Below are positions 37,706 to 46,128 of a stretch of DNA of 64,000 nucleotides, piece by piece. The DNA is taken from assembly GCA_963771275.1 (NCBI GenBank), contig CAVYSW010000003.1, forward strand, positions 1,312,001 through 1,376,000. Reading direction: 5' to 3'. This DNA is from an uncultured Gemmatimonadales bacterium (GTDB lineage: Bacteria; Gemmatimonadota; Gemmatimonadetes; Gemmatimonadales; GWC2-71-9). Every line of letters starts with the position of its first letter. Within the stretch, counting starts at the first letter, position 1. The notes beneath the pieces were generated by a model. It was not told the origin of the DNA. It ran no database searches and saw nothing but the letters and a program-made list of their open reading frames with translations. The position numbers and the translations under genes were made by a program.

Positions 37706-38325
37706 TCAGGCTGGCCGGGGGGTCAGTGCCTCGGTCAGCCTGCGAATCCGGACCGTAGCCCGATGATAGCCGCGGCCACCCCACAGGACGATCACGACGC
37801 TGCCCAGCGCCAGCATACCATCGAACAGGCTCCACCACGACAGGCCGAAGTACCGGAACAGCGAGACTCCCAACACCAGGAACGCCAGGCCGGTGCGGAT
37901 CAGCGCGAGGTACGTGCGGCCCCACGCGAGCTCGGTGCGCAGGGTCGACAGACCGGTCCGCCGCTCGGCGAACTGGTTCCGGCCTGCCGCGAGCGTGTTC
38001 CGCTCACGCGCCAGCTCCGTTCGCTGTGTGGACATGCCGGTCCGCTCGCGGGCCATGCCGGTGCGACGCACGGCGAGGTCGGTCCGCTGCCCGGCGAGAG
38101 ACGTTCGCTCGCGACCGAAATCCGTTCGGATGCTGGCCAGCTCGGTGCTCCTGGTCGAGAGCCGCGTCTGTTCGCGGGTCAGCGCGGTCCGCTCCGCCGC
38201 CATGTCGGTCTGCTGCTGGGAGTACGTGTTCGCCGTCGACGCGAACTGGACCAGGCTCGACGTCCCCGCGGTCCGTCGCCGCGCAAGGTCGGCGAGCTCC
38301 TCCTCCAGCGTCTCTTCGGCGCCCA
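37706..38325 (-). CDS. DUF202/YidH-like membrane protein with heptad-repeat coiled coil (5' end missing)
   Basis: About 13 [EQR]RT.[LM]A. heptads, then RTYLALIRTGL and 2 TM helices. The frame is open upstream of ATG 38203 to at least ~38325. Confidence 0.7.
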
Positions 38326-38757
38326 GGGAACACGCTGTTCATCATCGCGGTCGATGTAGCTGTTCGCTGCCTCCTCGTCGCAGTGCAGGCGCTGCATCGT
38401 CATCGTCGTACGCACCTCCCGCGGCGCGTTGAGGCGAATCGCCATGAAGTGGGGAATCGGAGGGAGGAGCAGGTGACCCGAGAAGCCGTGATACACGAGG
38501 TTGTCGCGCCGGGCGTACTCGAGCAGCGCCGCCCGCATCAGGATGAGGTAGGGCCGCCGCAGCTCGCAGAACGCCTCATAGGCCCGGGCGGCGTCGCTGA
38601 GCTGCTCCACGATCCGCTGGGCCAGCGCACCGTGCTGATTCACGAGGGCTACGAGGTCCTCGCGAGACACGCAGCGGGCCCCGGTACGCTCCCGCAGCTG
38701 CTCGACGAGGAGTGTGACGCCGGACATGGTGCCGCGGGAGATCAACACGACGGGCAT
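38326..38757 (-). pseudogene. Cytidylate-kinase-like protein, truncated at about residue 143
   Basis: VVLISRGTMSG, LVYHG, RLNAP. It diverges from its two paralogs right after DDEQRV and lacks the W...Y...P.LYD segment. Confidence 0.7.
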
Positions 38758-38797
38758 GGTGCTCCTCCTCCCCCTTGCTGCCTCCTCTGCCGCGACC

Positions 38798-40141
38798 CTA
38801 TGGCACGGCCATCCAGAAATCCCTGAACACGACGGTCGACAGGAAGTAGCCGAGCGGGACGTTGATGGCCACGCCGATCGTGAACGCCCAGAACGGCGGC
38901 ATGCCGAACTTGGCGAGATCCCGGAATCGGGTCGTGAGGCCGATGCAGAGGAACGTGAAGACGAACGTCCAGGTGCGGAGCGTCTTGATGGGTGTGATGA
39001 GCTGGGCCTGCAACGTCCCCGCGTGATCGGCGGACGCCGTGGCCACCACGATGCTCATGATGACCGAGGCGAGGAAGAACCCGATCACGAACTTGGGAAA
39101 CCGCGTCCAGATGACACCCGGTCCCAGCGCCGCGCGGCCGGTCGTCGCGCCGCGCTCCCACAGGGTGACCGCGACGATCGAGAGCACGAACGCCCAGATC
39201 CCGATCCAGATATCGCGGCCGATCACCTTCATCAGCGTGAAGGTCTGAATCGCGGCGTCGCTGCCGGCGTGCGACGCGATCGTCTGGGCGGCGGCATAGC
39301 CCGCGGCGTCGGCGAACTCGCTCGTGCCGATCCACGCGCCGGCGACCGCTGGATGCAGGCCCAGCGCCCGGCTGGCCAGGGGCAGGAAGAAGATCATCAC
39401 CAGGGCCCACAGCGACACGATCGAGATGCTCACGGCGACGTGCTCCTTGTCCGCCTTGACGGCGCCGCCGACCGCGATCGACGCCGACACCCCGCACACG
39501 GCGCCCCCCGCGCCGAGCACCGCGGCAAACCGCTTGTCCAGCTTGAAGACGCGCGTGGCCACGAAGAACATCACGAGCCAGGTGCACAGCGACACGATCG
39601 TGGCCTGGAGGAACGCGATCCGTCCCGCCGAGACGATCAGCGTCAACGGCAGCGTGGCGCCGAGCAGCACGATCCCCGTCTTGATGTAGTACTCTGTCCG
39701 GAGCGAGCTATCCAACCAGGCCGGCAGTTTCGCGCCGTTGCCGACGAGCAACCCCAGAATGAGCGCCACCAGCGGCGCCTCGAGGCTGTAATAGTGAAAG
39801 AACTGGCTCTGACTGATCACCAGTATCAGCGCCGATGCCAGGTAGATCAGCGTGAAGCCGGCCACGTAGTGCGTGAGCCTGTGCCCCATGATCGCCGTGC
39901 TGATCGCGAAAACGGTGCCGAAGACCAGATAGAGCAGGACGTACCAGGGCCACCCGATGGCGAAGTGGGTCATGACCCGGGAGAACACCGTCCACTCCCT
40001 CGGCGGGCTCACGGCCAGCGGTGCCAGGGTGCCGCCGCCAAGGAAGAAGGCGATCGCGCTCGCGATGATGCCCAATCCCAGCCAGACCGCCCACCAGTCC
40101 TCCGTCTTCCAGAGTGCCGCGAACCGCTCACCAGTGCTCAT
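38798..40141 (-). CDS. YeiH/UPF0324 putative sulfate exporter
   Basis: EDWWAVWLG, YIKTGIVLLGA, VCGVSASIA, WIGTSEFADAAG, KVIGRDIWIG, RFPKFVIGF. Confidence 0.88.
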   Translation of the reverse strand: MSTGERFAALWKTEDWWAVWLGLGIIASAIAFFLGGGTLAPLAVSPPREWTVFSRVMTHFAIGWPWYVLLYLVFGTVFAISTAIMGHRLTHYVAGFTLIYLASALILVISQSQFFHYYSLEAPLVALILGLLVGNGAKLPAWLDSSLRTEYYIKTGIVLLGATLPLTLIVSAGRIAFLQATIVSLCTWLVMFFVATRVFKLDKRFAAVLGAGGAVCGVSASIAVGGAVKADKEHVAVSISIVSLWALVMIFFLPLASRALGLHPAVAGAWIGTSEFADAAGYAAAQTIASHAGSDAAIQTFTLMKVIGRDIWIGIWAFVLSIVAVTLWERGATTGRAALGPGVIWTRFPKFVIGFFLASVIMSIVVATASADHAGTLQAQLITPIKTLRTWTFVFTFLCIGLTTRFRDLAKFGMPPFWAFTIGVAINVPLGYFLSTVVFRDFWMAVP

Positions 40142-40389
40142 GGCGTGTCATCCTTTCCCGAACGCCGGCTCGAGAGCGTCGTCCGTGCAACGGGCGCGGT
40201 GCCTCCCGTACAGAATACCGCATCGGCACCGACTCGGGAGCGCCGAGCCGTGGATTGCCGACAGCGGGGCTCGGACATGGGGAGCGTCGTGTCGCACGAT
40301 CGCTCCACACGATACGATGTCCGCGGGCGCCATGGTCGCGACCGCCGCTGCATCGACGGGTGCGGAACGGCGGTGGTATCTTGTCGGCG

Positions 40390-40749
40390 ATGCTGATTCT
40401 CATCGCGCACGGCAGCCGGGACCCGCGGTGGCGCGCATCGGTCGAGCGGGTCACCGCGGCGTTGCAGGACGATCTCGGCAGGGACAAGATCGGCCTGGCC
40501 TACATGGACTGCACGCCGCCGACGCTGATGGATGTGGCGGCCGACGCCGTCCGCATGGGGGTCGGGAGGATTCGCGTCCTGCCGTTGTTCCTCGCCGTCG
40601 AGGGGCACGTCGAGCGCGACGTCGTTCCGCTGGTGGACCAGGTCCGGGGGGCGCTCGACGCGCTGGAGATCGAGCTGCTCGAGCCGGTCGGCCAGATGCC
40701 TCCGTTTCGCGAGTTGCTGCGCCGGATCGCGCTGACGACGGAGGAATAG
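40390..40749 (+). CDS. cbiX: Short CbiX/SirB sirohydrochlorin chelatase
   Basis: LIAHGSRDP, AYM, VLPLFL..GHV; 119 aa single domain. Confidence 0.82.
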   Translation: MLILIAHGSRDPRWRASVERVTAALQDDLGRDKIGLAYMDCTPPTLMDVAADAVRMGVGRIRVLPLFLAVEGHVERDVVPLVDQVRGALDALEIELLEPVGQMPPFRELLRRIALTTEE

Positions 40750-42243
40750 GTGGCCGGGATGGTCTATCTGGTCGGCGCCGGCCCGGGCGATCCGGGGCTG
40801 ATCACGCTCCGTGGCGTCGAGTGCTTGGCGCGGGCCGATGTGGTGCTGTACGACTATCTGGCGAACCCCGCGGTGGTCGAGCATGCGGCCGCATCCGCGG
40901 AGCTGGTCTCGCTGGGCGACCCCGATGCCGGCCGGGCACGCACGCCCGACGAGATCAGCGCGCTCATGGTCGAACACGCCAGCAGGGGCAAGACCGTCGT
41001 GCGTCTCAAGGGGGGCGACCCCTCGGTGTTCGGTCGCGGGGCCGACGAGACGACGGCGCTGCGGGAAGCCGGCGTGCCGTTCGAGATCGTTCCCGGAATC
41101 ACCGCGGGCCTCGCGGTCGCCGCGTACTGCGAGATCCCGATCACCCATCAGGACGATGCGTCGGCGGTGGCGCTGGTGGCGGGCCGGGAGCGGCGCGACA
41201 AGGTCGTCTCGCGGCTCGACTACGGCGCCCTCGCCCGGTTTCCGGGGACGCTCGTCTTCTACATGGGTGTGGCGCGGGTCGCGGAATGGCGCGACGCCCT
41301 GCTCGAGCAGGGCAAGCCGGCCGCCACGCCCGTCGCGATCGTCCGGTGGTGCACCCTGCCGCAGCAGCGCACCTTCCGTTGCACGCTCGGAACGGTGGCC
41401 GACGTGGTCGAGCGAGAGCAGCTCCGTCCACCGGCGCTATTCGTCGTCGGCGCCGTCGTCGCCCGTGCCCCCGAGCATCCCTGGTTCGCGTCCCGACCGC
41501 TGTTCGGGACGCGGGTGCTGGCGAGCGGCTCACCGGGCACCTCCGAGCAGCTCCGGCGCCGGCTGGCGGACCTCGGGGCCGACGTCATCACCCAGCCGGC
41601 GATCCGGATCACGGACCCGCCGGATTGGGCGCCCGTGGACGCGGCACTGGATCGGCTCGAGCGCTACGACTGGGTGGTATTCTCCAGCGGCAACGGTGTC
41701 GACTACCTGCTCCGACGGCTGCTCTCCCGTGGCGGGGACCTCCGCCGCCTGGCGCGCGCGAAACTGGCCGCCATCGGCTCCGGGACGGCGGAGCGGCTGG
41801 CCCGCTATCACCTGCGCGCCGATCTCGTGCCCGACGAGTTCGTCGCGGAGTCGCTCGCCGGGGCGCTCGTCGGCGACGCACGGGGCCGGCGCTTCCTCGT
41901 GGCCCGCGCGAGCCGCGGGAGGACGGTGCTGGGGACGGCCCTCGAGCGGGCGGGCGCCGACGTCGACCAGGTCGTGGTCTATGGCAGCGTGGATGTGGAG
42001 CAGCCCGCCGCCGGCGTGGTGGCGGCGCTCGCATCCGGTGACGTCGACTGGATTACCATCACCAGCTCCGCGACGGCCCGCGCGCTCGTGCGGCTCTACG
42101 GATCGGCGCTGGGGCGGGCACGGTTCGCGAGCATCGGACCGTTGACGTCGGCGACGCTGCGGGAGCTGGGGCATGCGCCCGCCGTCGAGGCGTCCCCCCA
42201 CACGACGGCGGCGCTCGTGGAGGCGATCCTCACGGCTCGTTGA
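40750..42243 (+). CDS. cobA: Uroporphyrinogen-III C-methyltransferase / uroporphyrinogen-III synthase fusion (CobA-HemD)
   Basis: VYLVGAGPGDPGLIT, RLKGGDP..FGRG, VPGIT; HemD part FSSGNGV, AIG..TA, SIGPLT. Confidence 0.92.
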   Translation: MAGMVYLVGAGPGDPGLITLRGVECLARADVVLYDYLANPAVVEHAAASAELVSLGDPDAGRARTPDEISALMVEHASRGKTVVRLKGGDPSVFGRGADETTALREAGVPFEIVPGITAGLAVAAYCEIPITHQDDASAVALVAGRERRDKVVSRLDYGALARFPGTLVFYMGVARVAEWRDALLEQGKPAATPVAIVRWCTLPQQRTFRCTLGTVADVVEREQLRPPALFVVGAVVARAPEHPWFASRPLFGTRVLASGSPGTSEQLRRRLADLGADVITQPAIRITDPPDWAPVDAALDRLERYDWVVFSSGNGVDYLLRRLLSRGGDLRRLARAKLAAIGSGTAERLARYHLRADLVPDEFVAESLAGALVGDARGRRFLVARASRGRTVLGTALERAGADVDQVVVYGSVDVEQPAAGVVAALASGDVDWITITSSATARALVRLYGSALGRARFASIGPLTSATLRELGHAPAVEASPHTTAALVEAILTAR

Positions 42244-42252
42244 TTCGCGGGC

Positions 42253-42924
42253 TCAGTCCTCGCCGGGGGTTCCGGCCAGGGCGCGCCGCGTCAGGTCCCG
42301 CACACGCGTGCGGCGGAGCGAGCCGCCCTCGTAGAGATCGACCGGTCCCTCGTCGGCGAGGAGGTCCGGCCGGGTGGCGAGCGGCGCCGGCTGTCCCACC
42401 TGCATCAGCGCCCAGACCGCCATGCCGCGGACCTGAGGATCGCGGTCGTCGAGGGCCGCCGTGATCGCCCCGAGGAGCGGCGCGACGTGATCGCGGGCGA
42501 GGGCGCCGAGTCGTCCCAGCGCCCACAAGGCGCCCGGGCGGAAATGCTCGAGGTCTTCCGGTTCCAGGTTCACAAGGAGCGAGGCGACGATTGGGACGTA
42601 GTCGGCGCAGAGCGTCGGGCACCACCGGACGATTTCCGCCATCGCTTCGGGCGAGCGCCAGCAGATGCCGCCCGACTCCTCGCTCAGCAGCCAGTACAGC
42701 CGGCGCAGCTGCTCGCGGACGTGGTCGGGATGACGCTCGGCGATGCGGGCGGCGCTGCGACCCAAGGCCTCGACGGCGCGCCAACCGATCTCGGGGTCCG
42801 GGTCGAACGTCAGGGATACCAAAGTGCCCAGGACCCGCTTCGTGCGGCCGCCGATCTCCGCGACCCGCTCCAGGCGTCTCTGTTTCAGCAGGTCCCGCAG
42901 GGCGTCCTTGGTCGGTTGGGTCAC
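42253..42924 (-). CDS. HEAT-repeat protein (DVU0298-like)
   Basis: WRAVEALG, RRLYWLLSEESGGICW, ALWALGRL, D.DPQVRG.A.WAL. Confidence 0.75.
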   Translation of the reverse strand: MTQPTKDALRDLLKQRRLERVAEIGGRTKRVLGTLVSLTFDPDPEIGWRAVEALGRSAARIAERHPDHVREQLRRLYWLLSEESGGICWRSPEAMAEIVRWCPTLCADYVPIVASLLVNLEPEDLEHFRPGALWALGRLGALARDHVAPLLGAITAALDDRDPQVRGMAVWALMQVGQPAPLATRPDLLADEGPVDLYEGGSLRRTRVRDLTRRALAGTPGED

Positions 42925-42952
42925 GAGCGCGGTGGCTTATCGATCAGCATGA

Positions 42953-43028
42953 ACCGCAGAGCACGCGGAGCGCGCAGAGACCAGCGACCGCGGTCACCCA
43001 CTCTCGCGTCCTCTGCGCTCTCCGCGGT
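42953..43028. repeat. REP-like imperfect palindrome built from 9-nt CGCAGAGNN units
   Basis: ACCGCAGAGCACGCGGAGCGCGCAGAGA ... CTCTCGCGTCCTCTGCGCTCTCCGCGGT; intergenic. Confidence 0.6.
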
Positions 43029-43139
43029 GCGGCGGTCACCGCACCCCCGTTCGGCGCCGGATGCCCGGCACGAGATACCCATTCGGAACGCGCGCGGCCC
43101 CGTGGGCGTTCCGCATGGGGACAGGAATCGCACGGCGTG

Positions 43140-44690
43140 TTACCGCAGCAGGACGGGCATCCCCATGGCCGGCCAGATCCAGCGCACGAACAGCGCGAGC
43201 ACGGCGATCAGGATGAGGCTCACGGGAAGGCCGGCCCGGAAGAACTCCCGGGCGGTGAACTGATTGCTCGTGTAGGCGATGGCGTTGGGCGCGGCGCCCA
43301 CCAGCAGCAGGAACGGCATCCCCGCGGTGACGAGGCAGGCGAAGAAGATCACTTCGGGTGTCACGCCGACGTACCCGGCGATGACCAGAGCGACCGGCAA
43401 GGTGATGGCGATCGCCGCGACGTTCATGATCAGGTTCGTCATCCCGAGCACGAACACGGCCATGCCCATCACGAACATCATCCATGGGGCTTGGTGGAAC
43501 AGCCCGAGCCAGGTCACCGCGAGCCAGCTGGCCGCGCCCGTCTGCCACAGGCAGAAGCCCAGGCTCATCGCGCCGCCGAAGAGCAGGACGATGTTCCACG
43601 AGGCCTCCTCGAGGTCCTCCACGCGCACGATCCGGAGGACGAAGAACAGAATGCCGGCCAGGAGGATGACGGCACTCTTGTCGAGTGGCTCGAAGGCGGG
43701 GATCAGCGTGCGTACGCTCAGGATCGCGATCGTCGACAGGACGATGGTCAAGGCAAGCGTCTCGTTCCGGCTCATGGGACCCAAGCCGGCATGGAGGCGC
43801 TTGACGCGCTCGCGCAGTCCCGGAATCGTCTTCCGTTCTGGCGGATAGTACAGCATGAAAAACGCCCAGACCACCAGCGTCATGATGGCCCCGACCGGGA
43901 ACATGTAGTACGTCAGCTCGAAGAACGACACCGTGCGGCCCGTCATGTCGCGGAAGAACCCGATGGCCACGGCGGCCCGCGCGGAGCCGAGCAGCGTGAT
44001 GATGCTGCCCGCGCCGGCGACGAAGGCCATCCCGATGAACAGGCCCTTGCCGAACCGGGTCGGCGCGCTGTCCTCGGTGTACAGCGCGTAGATGGCGAGG
44101 AAGAGCGGGAACACCGTCGCGGCCACGGCCGTGTGCGCCATGATGAGCGTCAGGGCCGCCGTCATGACGAAGCAGCCGAGGTAGATCATGCTGGTCCGCT
44201 CGCCCACCAGCGACAGCATCTTGTAGGCCATCCGCCGGGTGAGCCCGGTCTTGGTGAATACCATGCCGAACAACAACGAACCCACGATGAACCACACGGA
44301 CGGGTCCATGAAGTCCGTGAACGCCACGCGGACGGGGCGAATGAGGAACAGGGCCTGGAGGACACCGATGGTGATGCTGGTGACGCCGATCGGGATCACC
44401 TCGAACACCCACCACGTCGCGGCGAGCAGGAAGACGGCGAGCGCCCCCTTGCCCTCTCGGGTGAGTGGAAACGCCTTCCCCTGGGGATCGATCGCCGGGT
44501 GCAGCGTGGGCGCGTAGTATATCCCGAGGAAGAGTGCCAATCCAAGCAAAATGAACGCCGTTCGCTGCCAGTCGAACCCGGCCGCGTCCCGGGCGCTCTT
44601 GGTGTGCGCGACCTCCACCGTCGCGACGCCAACCGCACGAGGCGCGGGATTGGGTCCAGCCGCAGTGGTCTCTATCGTTTCATTGGTCAT
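43140..44690 (-). CDS. DASS/SLC13 anion (sulfate/dicarboxylate) transporter
   Basis: WWVFEVIPIGVT, KTGLTRRMA, AGAGSIITLLGSAR, WNIVLLFGGA, TNLIMN, GAAPNAIAY. Confidence 0.9.
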   Translation of the reverse strand: MTNETIETTAAGPNPAPRAVGVATVEVAHTKSARDAAGFDWQRTAFILLGLALFLGIYYAPTLHPAIDPQGKAFPLTREGKGALAVFLLAATWWVFEVIPIGVTSITIGVLQALFLIRPVRVAFTDFMDPSVWFIVGSLLFGMVFTKTGLTRRMAYKMLSLVGERTSMIYLGCFVMTAALTLIMAHTAVAATVFPLFLAIYALYTEDSAPTRFGKGLFIGMAFVAGAGSIITLLGSARAAVAIGFFRDMTGRTVSFFELTYYMFPVGAIMTLVVWAFFMLYYPPERKTIPGLRERVKRLHAGLGPMSRNETLALTIVLSTIAILSVRTLIPAFEPLDKSAVILLAGILFFVLRIVRVEDLEEASWNIVLLFGGAMSLGFCLWQTGAASWLAVTWLGLFHQAPWMMFVMGMAVFVLGMTNLIMNVAAIAITLPVALVIAGYVGVTPEVIFFACLVTAGMPFLLLVGAAPNAIAYTSNQFTAREFFRAGLPVSLILIAVLALFVRWIWPAMGMPVLLR

Positions 44691-44722
44691 TGAGGAAAGA
44701 CCTCGGGGTCGGCGTGCTCCGC

Positions 44723-45259
44723 CTATTGCAGCAGCCGGATGAGCTCGTGAAACACGTCGACCGAGCGCACCACGCCCACCAGTTGACCATTCCGCACCAC
44801 GGGTATCAGGGACAGATCGAGCGAGACCATCTCGCTCACCGCCTTCATGACGTGGTCGTCGGCGTCGAGGATCGCCTCGATCGGACGCATCACGTCGCTC
44901 ACGGGTCGGCCCGCGCGCTCGCGAATGCCCTTCATCATCCGATCGTACGAAAGCTCCGACAGGTTCGGGTCGACACCCACGTCGAACAGTCTCCGGGGGT
45001 GCTCGAGCGGCTGCCTGACCAGGAACGCGGGCTCCAGGCCCAGCATGAGGTCGCGGCGGCGGACGTAGCCCACCGCGACGTGAATCGCGTCGAACACCAG
45101 CAGCGCGCGGGGCAGGGACTGGCGTCCCCCCGTTTCGAGCTGCGCGTGCTCCATGACGGCGATCGCCTCGCGGAGCGTGGCGTTGTCGCGCACGGAGGGG
45201 TACTGCCCTACCGGGATCATGATCTCCCTGACCCGCGTCACGAGGGCCACGGCCGTCAC
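44723..45259 (-). CDS. CBS-pair domain protein
   Basis: VREIMIP...ATLREAI; VSDVMRP; IPVVRNGQLVGVV. Confidence 0.85.
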   Translation of the reverse strand: MTAVALVTRVREIMIPVGQYPSVRDNATLREAIAVMEHAQLETGGRQSLPRALLVFDAIHVAVGYVRRRDLMLGLEPAFLVRQPLEHPRRLFDVGVDPNLSELSYDRMMKGIRERAGRPVSDVMRPIEAILDADDHVMKAVSEMVSLDLSLIPVVRNGQLVGVVRSVDVFHELIRLLQ

Positions 45260-45696
45260 CAGCCCTTCTTGTGCAGGATGTCCGACATCTTCTGCGCGAC
45301 GCGCTGGTCCCTGAGCGACCAGTGCTTCCGGGCCGCGTCGTCGATCTTCTGCACCAGCGTGTCGATGGAGGCGGGCTTCTCGAGCAGGTCGAGGGCCCCG
45401 AGCTTCATGGCCGCCACGGCCTGTGCCAGCGTGGCCCGGCCGGTCAGAAGGATCACCTGGAGATCGGGGTTGATGGCCAGCAACCCCTGCAGCGTCTCGA
45501 CGCCGTCCATGCCCGGCATCGCCATGTCCAGCAGGATGGCATCGAAGGTTCTCGCGCGGGCCTTCACCAGCGCTTCCTCGCCGCGCGCGGCGGTGGCGAC
45601 GGTGAGCCCGCGCGCCTCGAGTCGCTCCGCCAGCACGGCCACGAACTCGGGCTCGTCATCGACGAGCAGAACGGTGCACTCGGTGGATGCGGTCAT
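45256..45696 (-). CDS. Single-domain response regulator
   Basis: VLLVDDE, LDMAMPGMDG, LTG, EKP. Confidence 0.9.
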   Translation of the reverse strand: MTASTECTVLLVDDEPEFVAVLAERLEARGLTVATAARGEEALVKARARTFDAILLDMAMPGMDGVETLQGLLAINPDLQVILLTGRATLAQAVAAMKLGALDLLEKPASIDTLVQKIDDAARKHWSLRDQRVAQKMSDILHKKGW

Positions 45697-45721
45697 CGGA
45701 TCCGCTCCCGGACCTGCCGGG

Positions 45722-46120
45722 TCACGGCTGGTCTCCGGCCGGTGATTGAGCCTGCCCGCGCGCCGCCGCGGCCTGCACCACCCGCGCCAGGTGGTCGATC
45801 TTCACAGGCTTCATGAGATAGTCGAACGCGCCGAGCTGCATGCCCCGCTCGGCGTCCTGCCCGGAACCGAGTCCCGTCAGCAGGACCACCGCCACCGTCG
45901 GCCACTGTTCCTTGATGCGCCGGAAGACCTCGAGGCCTCCCAGGGCCGGCATCTTGACGTCGAGCACCACCACGTCGCACGGCGCGGCGGTGAGGTGCGC
46001 CAGGGCCGCCGCGCCGGTGGTCACGCCGTGCGCCTCGAACCCGCGGAGGTTGAGTCGTTCCACGAGCGCGGTGACCAGGTCCTCCTCGTCGTCCACGATC
46101 AGCACGCGAAGGGGGGCCAT
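45722..46120 (-). CDS. Single-domain response regulator
   Basis: VLIVDDEE, LDVKMP, LTG, MKP. Confidence 0.9.
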   Translation of the reverse strand: MAPLRVLIVDDEEDLVTALVERLNLRGFEAHGVTTGAAALAHLTAAPCDVVVLDVKMPALGGLEVFRRIKEQWPTVAVVLLTGLGSGQDAERGMQLGAFDYLMKPVKIDHLARVVQAAAARGQAQSPAGDQP

Positions 46121-46128
46121 GGCGGTCT

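Noticed and set aside
37900..38200. CRISPR-like periodic repeats
   Set aside because: Degenerate 21-nt coding heptads with no identical repeats, spacers or cas genes.
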